The notes under the pieces: model-generated
What the model saw: only the letters and a program-made list of their open reading frames with translations
The model's database searches: none
Told to the model about the DNA's origin: nothing
Shown: positions 41,917-52,749 of the stretch, in pieces
Layout: each line of letters opens with the position of its first letter
How positions within the stretch are numbered: the first letter of the stretch is position 1
Program-made: the position numbers and the translations under genes
Source: an uncultured Spirochaetota bacterium
Lineage (GTDB): Bacteria > Spirochaetota > Brevinematia > Brevinematales > JAOACQ01
DNA: 64,000 nucleotides
NCBI GenBank assembly: GCA_963768055.1
Contig: CAVYGN010000002.1
Span: 640,001-704,000 of the forward strand
Reading direction: 5' to 3'

Positions 41917-44472
41917 TTATTGCTTCAGCGGCCCTTTCTTTTTAAAAAAAAGGCATAACACCCCGTAGCATAAAGCGCCGGCGATTCCTGCAATCACTGT
42001 TATAAATGATACAAAAAACGAGGTATTGCCGGGCTCATACCTGAATTCGGCGGCATGCTTCCCGCCATCGACAAAAACCGCCATCTGGAGATAATTGGCT
42101 TTATATACCTGGACGGGTTTTCCATCAATAAACGCCTTCCAGCCGGGATCGAACCTTGTATTAAAAAGGAGAACTCCCCCTCCCGGGGCAGGCGAATCGA
42201 TATCGGCTTTAACATCCCAATCCTTATAGGAAGTAACTGCCTGCGGATGCAGCAGGCCTTTACCACCGCTTCTGCCGTGGATCTTTATGTTTACAATAAC
42301 AGTCCCCGTAAAGTCGAATTTCGGATCGGAGAGATATTTAAGGGCTTCTCCATTATCTTCAACCGCCTGGAAATTTTCAAATAAAGCCAGGCGGGGAATA
42401 TAATTTTTCACCTCGAAGACTGCTTCCTGCCTGCCGTCATATCCGGCGCCTACCGATGAAAGTATAAAATTTGTATTATTAGTCAGGCTTCCATACATCA
42501 AAGCTACCGGCCTGTTTGCACTGTATAAATAGCCGTCTGTTACAAGGTATTTTACCCCCGATAGACGGAGCAGCGGGAGATTCAAATCCAGAAGTTCATC
42601 AAGGCTCTTGATTTGCCTTGATGGAGACCTTTGAAACACGCTGTTAAAAAAATTGTTAATTTCCACATCCCTGTCCGATGATGCAACCTTTTCCATCGCC
42701 TGTATGTCGAAGAACGAGAAGTAAAAGGTCAGATACAAACCTCTCATCGGGGTAAGGGGCAAGTTTCCTCCATTCTGGCCAGGAAGCATTAATGACGATA
42801 ATACACGGAAGGGTTCATTTTTGCCCTCTTCATGCATAAAAGCGACCGGCTTGTCCTGCCTGTAAAACTCATTCAATTTAATATAGGATTTATCCACATA
42901 GTATAGATCGATAGTCCAGAGATCGATGATCATCATTACAAAAAACGAGAGGGGGATTACGATTCCCTTAAACACGCCGGGCAGTTTTTTCATCCTGAAG
43001 GAAATTATCACCAGGGCCAGGGTTACGGCAAGAAATATATCCATTCTAAGCAGCGACAGAATGATGTTATTGACGATTACTTGAGCCATAGCCGGGTCGT
43101 TATTTTTGAGACTGAACCCGAGGGCTATATCGCTCGATGTAACGAGAACGATAAATAAAGCCAGCATCCCGGTGCTTAGAGCAAATATAAGGGACTTCTC
43201 GATCTGTCCAAACATTTTTCTTGAAGCTTCATTTTTTTGGGACAGGAGGTCCATAAAAAATTTCAAGCCGAAAGCGGATAGGACCGCAAGGCAGAAAGCG
43301 GTGACACATAGTATTTTTATCGGGTCTCTGAAATTCGACATATACGGCAGATGGTAAAAAATCCAGAAAAAGGGAAGGCCGGGCCAGAACCTGCCGAACG
43401 ATAACAGGAGCGAGAATAAAGCCCCGAAAAAGAAAAATTTAACCAGCCCGCTCTTTTTGTAATAAACAATTATTCCGAGCAGGGCAAAAATTATGACGAA
43501 AAAGCCCAGGCTATCGCTTGAAGATGAAAATTCCTTGCTGCCCCAATACGGATTTGCCGATTCGAGTGAACTGTTTCCATGAAATCCAAAGGCCAGGCTA
43601 TCGATAAGTTCAAAAGGGTGCATCGAATAGCTTACCGCAAAATTCCATGCGTTTTCGCTGCTCTGTACTGTCTCTGAGGATACATTTTGAAGGGCCATCC
43701 TTCCCTTTAAAGCTTGAAATAAAAATGAAGACCCGCTGAAAATAACCACAAAAAATACAAGCGGAATAAGAAGCCCCCTCGATACATCGATCAGAGCTCC
43801 CCGGATATCGGCGCCTTTGAGGCTCTTTATGCCGATTTTGTTCCTGACAAAAATCCGGTAAAGGGCAAAACAAGCTCCCAGGATCGCAAAATATAACCCG
43901 CGCTGGACTTCATCAGAACACATGATCCCCAAAAATATGCCGCATAAAAAAAGCATCAATGCACTTTTTAAAACGTCCTTATTCTCAGGATCAAAAGCCG
44001 AAACAAGGAAATAAAAAATGGCCGGAACATAGGCCAGGGAACATACTACCTGGACATGACCTGCGTAAATGAAACTCAAAACCGCAGGTGAAAAAGCGAA
44101 GGCTGACGATCCAAAAATAGAAGGAAGGGCCTCTAGCTTCAACTTTCTTAAAAAAAGATATCCGAATATGAGGGAAAACAGCAGGGCGGAAAAATAAGAG
44201 GCTCCGAGAACCATACCGATAGGAAGTAAATACGAATACAATGTATAAAGATTTATCTGTACGTTGCCCTGCGATTTACCCATTAATTCATAATCGATCC
44301 AGTTTCCCGTAGTATTGCCGATCATCCGGGAATAATGCTGGGTAACTCCAAGCGGGCTGTCGCTGACAAGACTATTGCCCTGGATTGTATCTCCGATAAA
44401 CGCCCTGTAAAAGAAAACTACTGATAAAACGATAAAGACCAGCAATGCATATTTTTTAATATCCGATCCCAT
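41917..44472 (-). CDS. YfhO-like multi-TM GT-C glycosyltransferase
   Basis: Many TM helices, FRDP, C-terminal [11 protein letters not shown]....YKANY..MAV...G.H..EF.Y.P. Confidence 0.8.
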   Translation of the reverse strand: MGSDIKKYALLVFIVLSVVFFYRAFIGDTIQGNSLVSDSPLGVTQHYSRMIGNTTGNWIDYELMGKSQGNVQINLYTLYSYLLPIGMVLGASYFSALLFSLIFGYLFLRKLKLEALPSIFGSSAFAFSPAVLSFIYAGHVQVVCSLAYVPAIFYFLVSAFDPENKDVLKSALMLFLCGIFLGIMCSDEVQRGLYFAILGACFALYRIFVRNKIGIKSLKGADIRGALIDVSRGLLIPLVFFVVIFSGSSFLFQALKGRMALQNVSSETVQSSENAWNFAVSYSMHPFELIDSLAFGFHGNSSLESANPYWGSKEFSSSSDSLGFFVIIFALLGIIVYYKKSGLVKFFFFGALFSLLLSFGRFWPGLPFFWIFYHLPYMSNFRDPIKILCVTAFCLAVLSAFGLKFFMDLLSQKNEASRKMFGQIEKSLIFALSTGMLALFIVLVTSSDIALGFSLKNNDPAMAQVIVNNIILSLLRMDIFLAVTLALVIISFRMKKLPGVFKGIVIPLSFFVMMIIDLWTIDLYYVDKSYIKLNEFYRQDKPVAFMHEEGKNEPFRVLSSLMLPGQNGGNLPLTPMRGLYLTFYFSFFDIQAMEKVASSDRDVEINNFFNSVFQRSPSRQIKSLDELLDLNLPLLRLSGVKYLVTDGYLYSANRPVALMYGSLTNNTNFILSSVGAGYDGRQEAVFEVKNYIPRLALFENFQAVEDNGEALKYLSDPKFDFTGTVIVNIKIHGRSGGKGLLHPQAVTSYKDWDVKADIDSPAPGGGVLLFNTRFDPGWKAFIDGKPVQVYKANYLQMAVFVDGGKHAAEFRYEPGNTSFFVSFITVIAGIAGALCYGVLCLFFKKKGPLKQ

Positions 44473-44614
44473 AACCTGTCTCCTTTTTTTAAAAGAAAAT
44501 CTTATCCGGGTTACGGCTAAAAGTCAATTATGTTACTCGCTATCAGCATCGATGTTGAAATTATCAACAGACTCATCTTATAATTATGCTTAACATTTAT
44601 TCAAGGGGAAGAAT

Positions 44615-45520
44615 ATGGACGACCTTGTATCCGTCACAATCACTACTAAGAACGAGAAAAGCAATATCGAAACATGTTTAAGAAGCATCATGGCCCAGAC
44701 TTATAAAAATATTGAAGTTATTGTAGTAGACAACGGATCGTCAGACGGCACAAAAGAACTGGCATTAAATTATACCGGGAATGTTTACGATAAAGGGCCG
44801 GAACGTTCAGCACAAAGAAATTACGGCATGATTGAAAAATCCAGGGGAAAATACGTAATGTATGTTGACGCCGATATGCTGCTTTCCCCGCATTTAATCG
44901 AGTCATGCCTGAATGAAATAAAAAGTAAGGGATTATCGGCGCTTCATATACCTGAAATAGTCCTCGGAAAAACGTATTTCAGCAAAGTAAGAAGGTTCGA
45001 GAGGGTTTTTTATAACGGCACATGCATCGACGGGGCGAGATTTTTTCTGAAAAAGGCATTCGTTTCAGCAGGCGGATTCGATGAGAATATGAGCGGCCCT
45101 GAAGACTGGGACCTCGATAAGAAAATCAAAAAAACAGGCCTTATAGGCCTTCTCGAAACTATTTATAATAAAAATGAGGCGGCGGAACGGCAATGGGAAT
45201 TATCCGGATTCCTTTTAGACAGGGGTGTATCATACTTATCCTGCGGGGATGTTATTTTCCATAACGAATCCGAATTCGATTTAAAAAAGTATCTTTCAAA
45301 AAAAGGATATTATACAAAAAGTTTCAAACCTTATATAACCAAATGGGGAAAATCCGATCCCGATATTAAAAAACAATTCGGATTTTTATACAGGTATATC
45401 ACTGTATTTGTTGAAAAAGGGAAATGGACGAATCTGATAAGGCACCCGCTGCTGACATTCGGTATGTACTTTTTACGCATACTGGTCGGATTAACCTTTC
45501 TTTTTAAAAAAAGGCTATGA
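44615..45520 (+). CDS. GT2 glycosyltransferase
   Basis: VSVTITTKNE, VDNGSSDGT, ERSAQRN, DAD, GGFDE, EDWD. Confidence 0.9.
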   Translation: MDDLVSVTITTKNEKSNIETCLRSIMAQTYKNIEVIVVDNGSSDGTKELALNYTGNVYDKGPERSAQRNYGMIEKSRGKYVMYVDADMLLSPHLIESCLNEIKSKGLSALHIPEIVLGKTYFSKVRRFERVFYNGTCIDGARFFLKKAFVSAGGFDENMSGPEDWDLDKKIKKTGLIGLLETIYNKNEAAERQWELSGFLLDRGVSYLSCGDVIFHNESEFDLKKYLSKKGYYTKSFKPYITKWGKSDPDIKKQFGFLYRYITVFVEKGKWTNLIRHPLLTFGMYFLRILVGLTFLFKKRL

Positions 45521-45662
45521 CAAAATAGGCCTGGTCAATACGATACATTGAATAATTCTGTATCATTATTACACACATATCCTGGAATAAAAATCCTCTC
45601 TCCCAATTCAAATAAAGCATTATTTCCTTGTCCTATAAATCTTTAGACCAGTAGCATAATAT

Positions 45663-45679
45663 TTGGCATAAAATATGCG
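45663..45679 (+). promoter_or_regulatory. sigma54 (-24/-12) promoter for hsp20
   Basis: TTGGCATAAAATATGCG, exact GG-N10-GC spacing, about 35 nt before the ATG. Confidence 0.65.
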
Positions 45680-45713
45680 AATATTATTATATAGTATATA
45701 AAAGGAGGACAAT

Positions 45714-46169
45714 ATGTATATACTTCAAAAAAAACCCGAAAGATTCGCCCTCAGGGCAAGAAGAGCGGGAGACCCATTTTCAGATTTATTCAGGCATTTC
45801 TTCGACAATGAATTCATGCCGGGAAACCTGATGGAAAATGACTGGAATCCCAGGGTGGACATTTTTGAGAAGGACAACAACATCATAGTGAAAGCCGATT
45901 TACCCGGCGTTGATGAAAAAAACCTCGATATTGAACTCGAGGGTTCTTACCTGACCATCAAGGGTTCAAAGGAAGAGGAGCATGAAGAGAAGGGTAATGG
46001 CTACAGCATGTTTGAAAGAACAAGCGGCTCGTTCAGCAGGACTATTGAGCTTCCGGATAATATCAATACTGAAAACATCGAAGCCGAATACAAAAAAGGC
46101 GTACTCAGCCTTACCATCCCTAAAAATGCCGAATCGGCATCTAAAAAAATCAACGTCAAAGTCGCTTAG
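45714..46169 (+). CDS. Hsp20/alpha-crystallin small heat-shock protein
   Basis: PRVDI.E, ADLPGV, ER.SGSF.R.I.LP, A.YK.GVL..TIPK, C-terminal IxV. Confidence 0.95.
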   Translation: MYILQKKPERFALRARRAGDPFSDLFRHFFDNEFMPGNLMENDWNPRVDIFEKDNNIIVKADLPGVDEKNLDIELEGSYLTIKGSKEEEHEEKGNGYSMFERTSGSFSRTIELPDNINTENIEAEYKKGVLSLTIPKNAESASKKINVKVA

Positions 46170-46190
46170 GGCGCTTCTAATAATCTTCAG

Positions 46191-46225
46191 AAGCCCCGCC
46201 TCTTAAAAGGCGGGGTTTATTTTTT
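46191..46225 (+). terminator. Intrinsic terminator after hsp20
   Basis: AAGCCCCGCCT-loop-AGGCGGGGTTT followed by a T-tract. Confidence 0.85.
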
Positions 46226-46248
46226 ACACAGGAGATAAATTCGATTGA

Positions 46249-46277
46249 TTGTTTTCTGGGGCGTTTTATGATAGAAT
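46249..46277 (+). promoter_or_regulatory. Putative sigma70 promoter for the GT2-radical SAM operon
   Basis: TTGTTT-N17-TAGAAT with an extended -10 TG. Confidence 0.5.
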
Positions 46278-46310
46278 ATTGGAACGCGTCTTATTTACAG
46301 GAGAGTTTGC

Positions 46311-47291
46311 TTGCCCGGGAGAAGAAAAAAAATTAAATTCTCGATTATAATCCCGCTTCCGAGTTTTAACGATTACATCCGTGAAAGTATAACTCATTAT
46401 GAAAAACTTAATGGGGAAAATTTTGAAATAATAATTTTACCTGATTTTGAAGAAAAAGAGGAATTGTCAAGCGTTCTGCATATCAGGGTTTTAGCCAGCG
46501 GGAAAGTCGGCCCGGCGGAGAAACGGGACCTCGGGGCAAAAATAGCAGAGGGCCGGATTCTCGCTTTCATAGACGACGACGCTTATCCCCGCGAAGACTG
46601 GCTGGCTAACGCTCTGCCCCTTTTTGACGACAAAGATGTGGCAGCTGTAGGCGGCCCGGCCGTTACTCCGGCTGACGAACCTTTCTGGAAGAGATTGTCC
46701 GGTAATGTTTTCGAATCATTCCTCGCAAGCTATAACAACAGGAAAAGATATATTCCTGTCGGGAAAACCCACGAAGAATACGACCTGCCGTCAGTAAACC
46801 TTATAGTAAGAAAAGATATTTTCGACAAAGCAGGGGGGTTTGATTCAACATTTTATCCCGGTGAGGATACAAAATTATGCCTGGAAATTAAAAAATTGGG
46901 CTATAAGATCATTTACTCTCCGCAGGTTCTGGTTTATCATCACAGGAGGGACCTCTTCCCCAATCATTTCAGGCAGGTAGCAAACTATGCCCTTCACAGG
47001 GGTTATTTCGCAAGGAAATATCCCGAAACATCCCTCAAAATTTCATATTTCGGCCCTTCATGTATTTTAATATTCACAGTAGCAGGTTTTCTTATATCAC
47101 CGTTTTCCCTTATCGCGGCATTATTTTACTGGCCTGTAATGGGCGTATATTTTCTTATTAACATAATTTTCGCTTTAAAACCCGGTATACTGGAAACCTT
47201 CTGGACAGTGGCAGGCGTTTTTTTAACCCATATGATTTACGGGTTTAACTTTATTAAAGGTTTTATTTTTACTGCAGAGTTGAAGAGGTAA
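46311..47291 (+). CDS. GT2 glycosyltransferase with C-terminal TM helices
   Basis: FSIIIP, GPAEKRD.G, AFIDDDA, AVGGP, GGFD...GED, HHRR. Confidence 0.9.
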   Translation: MPGRRKKIKFSIIIPLPSFNDYIRESITHYEKLNGENFEIIILPDFEEKEELSSVLHIRVLASGKVGPAEKRDLGAKIAEGRILAFIDDDAYPREDWLANALPLFDDKDVAAVGGPAVTPADEPFWKRLSGNVFESFLASYNNRKRYIPVGKTHEEYDLPSVNLIVRKDIFDKAGGFDSTFYPGEDTKLCLEIKKLGYKIIYSPQVLVYHHRRDLFPNHFRQVANYALHRGYFARKYPETSLKISYFGPSCILIFTVAGFLISPFSLIAALFYWPVMGVYFLINIIFALKPGILETFWTVAGVFLTHMIYGFNFIKGFIFTAELKR

Positions 47292-47295
47292 AACC

Positions 47296-48753
47296 ATGAA
47301 AATATCAATATCATATCCCCCGATGGACAGCGGCAAGGGGATCCCTCTGTTGTCGCAAAACAGGCAATTTCAGTGGTTCAACGAACCTACATTTATATAC
47401 CCTGTTGTTCCGGCCTCCGCGGCAACATTACTTAAAAGCAGGGGGTACGAAGTAATATGGGATGACGCAATTGCACAAGGCTTGAATTTCAATGAATGGA
47501 TAAACGGGATAAGCCGTGACAAGCCCGGCCTTATTGTTTTTGAAACCAAGACACCGGTGGTAAAAAAACATTGGGGAATAATTAACAATTTGAAAAAGCT
47601 TTTTCCGGAATTGAAGGTTGCATTGATGGGCGACCATGTTACGGCAAACCCCCTTGAATCATTTAAAAATTCAGACATCGACTATATAATTACAGGCGGC
47701 GACTACGATTTTCTCCTGCTTTCCCTGGCTGATCATTTAACAAAGAAAAGCCCGCTGGAACCGGGAATATACTGGAAAAGCCGTGAAGGAACTGTTTTAG
47801 ACAGCGGTAAATTTGAAAGGAAATACGACCTGGACATGCTTCCATTGATCGACAGGGAGCTTACAAAGTGGGAGCTTTATGCGTATAATAACGGGAACTA
47901 TAAAAAAACTCCGGGCGCCTACACGATGGCCGGCAGAGACTGCTGGTATCATCAGTGTTCTTTCTGTTCCTGGACTACTCTTTTCCCTTATTTCAATAAA
48001 AGAAAACCCTCCAGCCTGCTGGACGAGATTGGGACCCTGATCGAGAAAAATTCCATACGCGAGGTCATGGATGACACCGGCACATTTCCTGTCGGAGACT
48101 GGCTGAGAGAATTCTGCGAGGGGATGATCAGCCGGGGTTACAATAAAAAAATATATTTCGACTGCAATATGCGCCTGGGCTCTTCCATATCTCCTGAAGA
48201 CGCGAAACTTATGAAAAAGGCCGGTTTCCGCCTGATACTCGTAGGGATCGAATCAGGCAACCAGAAAACCCTTGACAGGATCAATAAGGGCGAGAGCATA
48301 GAAGAAATGATAGATAACGTCAAAATGCTCCGCCTTGCAGGCCTTTACCCGCACATAACTATAATGTTCGGGTATCCATGGGAAACTGAAGAGGATGCCC
48401 TCAATACGCTGAAAATGGGACGGCGTCTTCTTATAAAAAATTATGCTTACACGATGCAGGCTACTATTGTCATTCCCTATCCGGGGACGCCCCTTTACGC
48501 CGAATGTGTTGAAAAGGGATGGCTAACCACCGAGGATTGGGACAGGTTTGACATGCGTGAGCCTGTTATGAAGTCCCCGGTCGGAAACGACAAACTCATG
48601 AAGCTTGTCCAGGGCCTTTACAGCGTATCCTTCAATCCTGAATTCCTGGCCAGAAAATTATTAAGCATAAAGGGCACAGGAGACCTGAAATATTTTTTAA
48701 AGGCCGGGAAAAAAGTAATCGGTCATATATTCGATTTTAAAAATAAACATTAA
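47296..48753 (+). CDS. B12-binding-domain radical SAM protein (HpnJ-like architecture)
   Basis: Cobalamin-binding-like N-terminal region (GDHVTA.P.ES), GRDCWYHQCSFC, GIESGNQ, FGYPWET, PYPGTPLY. Confidence 0.85.
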   Translation: MKISISYPPMDSGKGIPLLSQNRQFQWFNEPTFIYPVVPASAATLLKSRGYEVIWDDAIAQGLNFNEWINGISRDKPGLIVFETKTPVVKKHWGIINNLKKLFPELKVALMGDHVTANPLESFKNSDIDYIITGGDYDFLLLSLADHLTKKSPLEPGIYWKSREGTVLDSGKFERKYDLDMLPLIDRELTKWELYAYNNGNYKKTPGAYTMAGRDCWYHQCSFCSWTTLFPYFNKRKPSSLLDEIGTLIEKNSIREVMDDTGTFPVGDWLREFCEGMISRGYNKKIYFDCNMRLGSSISPEDAKLMKKAGFRLILVGIESGNQKTLDRINKGESIEEMIDNVKMLRLAGLYPHITIMFGYPWETEEDALNTLKMGRRLLIKNYAYTMQATIVIPYPGTPLYAECVEKGWLTTEDWDRFDMREPVMKSPVGNDKLMKLVQGLYSVSFNPEFLARKLLSIKGTGDLKYFLKAGKKVIGHIFDFKNKH

Positions 48754-48762
48754 GGGGATAAT

Positions 48763-49494
48763 ATGATTTTACAATTAGCAGTAACGGTATTCCTGATTTT
48801 ATGTTCCATGACCATGTATGTAACTCATACAGGAAGACTGTTTCCCGCCGGTTTTAGAATAATACCGCTGCTGGCGGCAGCAGTTTATTGGGTGGTGATT
48901 TATATCCGCAAATCCACAGGTAAAACAGGGATTTCAGGGATCCTGCTTCTTATACTTTTTTATATTATGATTGTCGTTTCCGTTCCAGTGGCTTCATGGG
49001 TATGGATCGGCATGATAAACGACAGGGAAAAAAATATTCCCGCAATCACAATCGGGAATGAGTCCATGAAAAAAACAATTTATATAATTTATCATCCGGG
49101 CGGTTCCCCTATCCTTACTAATGTTATCACAAAATTCGCAATGCTGACCGGAAAAGCCGGTTATAAAACCGTCCTTTACTGTGCAAATAAAAACCTCAAA
49201 CTTGACTTGAAGAAAGCTGACGCTGTTGGTTTTTCATCCCCGGTTTACACAGCCGAAATCCGTCCGCCCGTTGAAAATTATATTAAAAACACCGATATGA
49301 AGGGCATTAGGACTTTTATGCTGGTAACTTGCGGGTCAAATCCCGGCGATGCCCTGGATAAAGCCGGCAGAGAGGTTGTAACACAAGGGGCTGAGATTAT
49401 CGGAACAGAAGCGATTGGAGCAATGGAAAAACCTGGAATCATCGATTCAAAACTTGAGAAATTCGCTAATGAAATCGAGAGTAAGTTAAAGTAA
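48763..49494 (+). CDS. Membrane-anchored flavodoxin-like protein
   Basis: Three TM helices, then IYIIYHPGGS...D.VGFSSPVY...T.GS flavodoxin-like pattern. Confidence 0.55.
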   Translation: MILQLAVTVFLILCSMTMYVTHTGRLFPAGFRIIPLLAAAVYWVVIYIRKSTGKTGISGILLLILFYIMIVVSVPVASWVWIGMINDREKNIPAITIGNESMKKTIYIIYHPGGSPILTNVITKFAMLTGKAGYKTVLYCANKNLKLDLKKADAVGFSSPVYTAEIRPPVENYIKNTDMKGIRTFMLVTCGSNPGDALDKAGREVVTQGAEIIGTEAIGAMEKPGIIDSKLEKFANEIESKLK

Positions 49495-49509
49495 ACAAAC
49501 CCTATATTA

Positions 49510-50055
49510 ATGAAAACCCGAATAGATAAAATAAAAATTTCAAGAATCATTTTTGTAAATTGTATAACGGGACTCAGGGTCGTCCTGATCCCTTTTTTCA
49601 TATTCAGCGAGTCAGGGCATAATTACTTCTTGTCGCTGGCGCTGGTCGTTGTAATATTCGCAACCGATATAGCGGACGGATTTTTAGCAAGGCTTCTCGA
49701 TGCCGTGAGCATGCCGGGCGGGATTTTTGACAGCCTCGCAGATTTTATGGTGGTTTTTACTCTGTTTACTTATTTCAGTATTGAGAAAGTCCTGCCTTTC
49801 ATCGTTCCGGCGATGGTCCTGTTGTCTTTTTCTATTTATTCTATCAACTGCCTTTTAAATAAAAAGATCGTTTATACAAAATTAGGATCGGCATCCGGTT
49901 TTTTGTGCATGCTTGCCCTGGCTATCCTATGTATAAGCAGGGTGTTTTTGCCCGGAAGCTTTGAATTTGCCCGGCAGGTAGTAATTTATTTCTGCAGTTT
50001 TTACCTGAGCCTTGCGTTTATTGAAAACTGCATCCTGATCTTAAGAAAAATTTAG
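49510..50055 (+). CDS. CDP-alcohol phosphatidyltransferase family protein
   Basis: DIADGFLAR........GGIFDSLAD signature. Confidence 0.88.
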   Translation: MKTRIDKIKISRIIFVNCITGLRVVLIPFFIFSESGHNYFLSLALVVVIFATDIADGFLARLLDAVSMPGGIFDSLADFMVVFTLFTYFSIEKVLPFIVPAMVLLSFSIYSINCLLNKKIVYTKLGSASGFLCMLALAILCISRVFLPGSFEFARQVVIYFCSFYLSLAFIENCILILRKI

Positions 50056-52682
50056 GGTTTGAGGGCCTTTTCTATCATTTCCCTTGCTGTTTTCAGCGCT
50101 TCGTCAATCCTGGACGGGTCTTTCCCTCCCGCCTGCGCGAAGTCCTGCCTGCCGCCTCCGCCCCCTCCGACAATTTTGGCGGTTTCCCTGGCGATGTCCC
50201 CGGCCTTGATCCTGCCTGAATAAGATTTCGAGACGCTTACCGTTATAACTACTTTGTCTTTCGAAACGGCCGAAATAAGGAACATTACTCCGAGGTCTTT
50301 CGACTTATAATCATCCGAAACCTTCATCATGGCTTCAGATTCCATCTCCGTCCTTGCGATAACAACTTCCGCCCCTCCTATTTTGACGGCATGGCCCATT
50401 AATTCCTGAGCGGAAGACTTTGCAATTTTTAGTTTTAAAAGCTCTATTTCTCTTTCCCTATCCCGAAGCGTGTCGACCATTGCTTTAATCCTGTCGTAAA
50501 GCTTTAATTCATCGGTATTCAAGGCCGCCGATATTTCCTTAACCCTATAGTAATATTCGCGGTAAGATTCAAGGGAATTCTGGCCTGTTACAGCCTCAAG
50601 CCTCCTCGTCCCTGCTGAAATAGAGGTCTCGGATAGGATCTTGATCAATCCTATATCGCCGCTCCTGCCGACATGCGTACCGCCGCAAAGCTCCTTTGAA
50701 TACCCCAGAACTTCGACTACCCTTACCACATCGCCGTATTTTTCCTCGAATATAGCGACCGCCCCGCTTTTTACAGCCTCCTGTTTACTCATTTTAGTCA
50801 GCTTCACAGGAAGGTTTTGAAGGACGATCATATTGGCCTCGTTCTCGATCTTTTCAATTTCTTCCTTTGTCAGTGGCCTGGAATGTGTAAAGTCAAAACG
50901 AAGCCGGTCCGGCCCTACAAGAGAACCGGCTTGAGCGGCATGTTCGCCGACATGATTCCTTAGCGCTTTGTGAATGATATGCGTCGCCGTGTGGTTTCTG
51001 GCTGTGGATTCCTTTTTTTCTTTATCGACCTTGAAAAGGATTTCATCCCCTGTTCTCAGAATACCATTTTTAATACGGGCATAATGAAGCACTGTATTTT
51101 CATATACTCTTGTATTTCTAATTTCAATCCGTGTTTCTCCCGATTCTGCCGTCCCGGTATCGCCCACCTGGCCGCCCTTCTCAGGATAAAACGGGCTGCG
51201 GTCGGCAGCAAAAACTATATCGTCCCCTGCCGATGAATCTTTTACTATCACGCCGTCTTTAACTATGATCTGAACGGCGCCTTTCCCCTCGTAAGATTTT
51301 TCTCCGGTGTATTCCGTTTCTTCTGCAATCCCCGAAATGACGCTGAAATCGAAAGCTTCCCCCTTCCAGCTTGCCCTCGCCCTCTCCTTCTGCCTTTCCA
51401 TCAATTGTTCAAAACCTTTCATATCCAGGGAGAGTTTCTCGTCCTCAGCCACTTGTTGTATGAAATCTACGGGAAGGCCAAGGGAATCGTAAAGCATGAA
51501 GAGATCCTGCCCGTTTATCTGTTTCTTTTTAGTTCTTTTAACACCTTCGACGATGTCGTTGAGTTTATCAAGGCCCCTGTTGACCGCTTTCAAAAAGGAT
51601 TCTTCCTCCGAATATATGAGGGACTTGATCATTTCCCCTCTTTCTACGATTTCCGGAAAAGCGCTGCCCATAACCGATATGATAGTGCCGGCAATCCTGT
51701 TTAAAAAGGGTTCCGAAAACGACAGCTTTCTGCCGTACCGTATAGCTCTCCTGAGTATTTTCCTGATGACATATCCCCTGCCTTCATTGGAGGGCATTAC
51801 ACCGTCGGCCATTGCGAAAGTAAGGGCCCTGATATGATCCGAGATAACCCTGAACGGCATTCCTGTCTTCACATCGTATTTGCACCCGCATAATTCCTCG
51901 ATTTTACTGATGATTGGGACGAATAAGTCCGTATCATAATTGGAAGATTCATTTTGTATTACCGAAACGATCCTCTCAAAACCCATTCCCGTATCGACAT
52001 GTTTATTAGGCAACGGATAAAGTTTTCCATCCTCGCCGCGGTTATATTGTATAAAAACAAGGTTCCATAATTCAATGTAACGGGCGCAGCCTGAATTTAC
52101 GGCACATTTATGCCCTTTTACATCCTTTTTATCGCAAGCCGATTCCCCCCGGTCTATATGAATCTCCGAACATGGGCCGCATGGTCCGATCGCTCCCATT
52201 TCCCAGAAATTATCTTTATCCCCGAATTTAAGGATATGGCTTCCGGAAATATCGGTCCGGCTTTTCCATAGGGAAAAGGCTTCGTCGTCGGTATCGTGAA
52301 CAGTGACATAAAGCCTTTCTTTTGGAAGCTTCCAGACGCCTGTCAGGAGTTCCCAAGCCCAGGAAATGGCTTCATTTTTATAATAATCTCCAAAGGACCA
52401 GTTGCCGAGCATCTCGAAAAAAGTATGGTGGTAGCAGTCTTTTCCGACATCCTCAAGGTCGTTATGTTTCCCGGAAACACGCATGCATTTCTGGGTGTCC
52501 GCAGCCCTCTTGTAATCCCTTTTCCCGGTCCCGAGAAAAATATCCTTGAACTGGTTCATCCCCGCATTGGTAAATAAAAGAGTGGGGTCGTTATCCGGGA
52601 CAAGCGATGCGCTCTGTACGATAAAATGGCCCTTGTCCCTGAAAAAATCAAGAAAACCTTTTCTGATCTCGGAAGAATTCAT
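50052..52682 (-). CDS. alaS: Alanine--tRNA ligase
   Basis: LLFTNAGM, HHTFFEMLGN, DTGMG.ER, HTATH, ELCGGTH, GGGGG..AQAG. Confidence 0.98.
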   Translation of the reverse strand: MNSSEIRKGFLDFFRDKGHFIVQSASLVPDNDPTLLFTNAGMNQFKDIFLGTGKRDYKRAADTQKCMRVSGKHNDLEDVGKDCYHHTFFEMLGNWSFGDYYKNEAISWAWELLTGVWKLPKERLYVTVHDTDDEAFSLWKSRTDISGSHILKFGDKDNFWEMGAIGPCGPCSEIHIDRGESACDKKDVKGHKCAVNSGCARYIELWNLVFIQYNRGEDGKLYPLPNKHVDTGMGFERIVSVIQNESSNYDTDLFVPIISKIEELCGCKYDVKTGMPFRVISDHIRALTFAMADGVMPSNEGRGYVIRKILRRAIRYGRKLSFSEPFLNRIAGTIISVMGSAFPEIVERGEMIKSLIYSEEESFLKAVNRGLDKLNDIVEGVKRTKKKQINGQDLFMLYDSLGLPVDFIQQVAEDEKLSLDMKGFEQLMERQKERARASWKGEAFDFSVISGIAEETEYTGEKSYEGKGAVQIIVKDGVIVKDSSAGDDIVFAADRSPFYPEKGGQVGDTGTAESGETRIEIRNTRVYENTVLHYARIKNGILRTGDEILFKVDKEKKESTARNHTATHIIHKALRNHVGEHAAQAGSLVGPDRLRFDFTHSRPLTKEEIEKIENEANMIVLQNLPVKLTKMSKQEAVKSGAVAIFEEKYGDVVRVVEVLGYSKELCGGTHVGRSGDIGLIKILSETSISAGTRRLEAVTGQNSLESYREYYYRVKEISAALNTDELKLYDRIKAMVDTLRDREREIELLKLKIAKSSAQELMGHAVKIGGAEVVIARTEMESEAMMKVSDDYKSKDLGVMFLISAVSKDKVVITVSVSKSYSGRIKAGDIARETAKIVGGGGGGRQDFAQAGGKDPSRIDEALKTAREMIEKALKP

Positions 52683-52749
52683 CTAAGATACTCCATATAC
52701 ATACAATATTAACCGGAATCGTATATGATAAGGAAAGGCGTTAATAAAA

